Shown here: positions 62,970 to 64,000 of the stretch, one piece after another
How the letters are laid out: every line of letters starts with the position of its first letter
Numbering within the stretch: the stretch's first letter is position 1
Assembly: GCA_951406725.2 (NCBI GenBank)
Contig: OX597818.1
Span: forward strand, 75,888,001-75,952,000
Origin: Octopus vulgaris
Taxonomy: Eukaryota
Reading direction: 5' to 3'
DNA length: 64,000 bases
Translations under genes and position numbers: made by a program
Notes under the pieces: generated by a model
Seen by the model: only the letters and a program-made list of their open reading frames with translations
Database searches by the model: none
What the model was told of the DNA's origin: nothing

Positions 62970-63041
<72 letters not shown>

Positions 63042-64000
63042 TCATCATCACTATTTAACATTTGTTTTCCATGCTGGCATGGGTTGGGCAGTTTGACAGG
63101 AACTTGCAAGGTGAGAAGACTGCACCAAGCTCTATTGTCTGCTTTGGCATGGTTTCTATAGCTGGATGCCCTTTCCAATGCCAACCACTTTACAGGGTGT
63201 ACTGGGTGCTTTTTACATGTCACCAGCACTGGTAATTTGCAAAACTACCTCCTCCTCTCTTAATTGGGAGGGGGAGTAGTATTGAGGGAGGTGACTTTGT
63301 GCCAGTTGATGAGAGGTTAAAATATAACAGAGGGATAGAGGTAGGTGTCTTGCTGTAGAGGAGATACCTGGACACCCCAGTTGGAAAAGAAAGGAGAGAA
63401 AGGGAGAAAAAGATAGATAGATGGATAGGAAGATAGATAAATACATAGAGAGAGAGAGAGAGTGAGAGAGAGATGATGATGATGGTGGATATGTGTTGAG
63501 ATATGCCCTTAAAGTACAGTGGGAGGTGAATATAAGTGAAGTGGTACTGGACAGGGTGAGTGGGCAGGAAGGGTAGAGAGGGAAGTATCACAAAAGTGTT
63601 AGGAGAGATTGGGTTGAGATGACTATAGCAAGGGATGCAAATGATGGTGGGGGATATAGGAGTGGCTCAGGGAAGTTATGGTAGATATTTGAAGCCATTG
63701 AGAGTGATAGCAAATAAGAGAAGTATTAATGATGGAGTATAGCAGAGAGGAGAGAGAGCAATGGCAGAAGGCACAGAAAGGACGTGATTCGTGGAAATAG
63801 TTGGCAGGAAGATAATCAGAAATGAAATTCTGCTCTCAGGTGATTAAAGCAGTTGAGTAAAACTATAGATAGATAAATAATGAATTAGAGGATGAGATGT
63901 GGGGGAAATGCTTGATGGGTTAGAGAGAGTGGAGGTGGGGCAAGACCCTACATGTACAAACATTACCAAGCTGGTTTTAGGATATCTTTTCTGCTCTAAT

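Overview
AT-rich, repeat-dense animal genomic DNA. The SINE/LINE content and huge (TA)n/(TG)n tracts suggest an octopus or related cephalopod; this is inference only. The main gene is a + strand ZDHHC23-like DHHC palmitoyltransferase with 5 coding exons (27161-62216), whose ~27.7-kb third intron splits the DHHC-CW|INNC motif. The last exon of an unidentified upstream gene lies at 3345-3460. Mobile elements include a decayed Ty3/Gypsy LTR element, mariner and Helitron remnants, CR1-, RTE- and Tx1-like LINEs and many tRNA-derived SINEs. The most striking signal is absent from the ORF track: type I hammerhead ribozyme motifs with a palindromic mini-stem III. Five lie in a 535-bp tandem/inverted repeat array in intron 3 (35105-37395). 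Two more lie back-to-back in a ~430-bp fold-back just after the ZDHHC23 stop codon, and decayed relatives occur elsewhere. This looks like a Penelope-associated, retrozyme-like (circular RNA) system embedded in a host gene. All folds were read by eye; none was computed.
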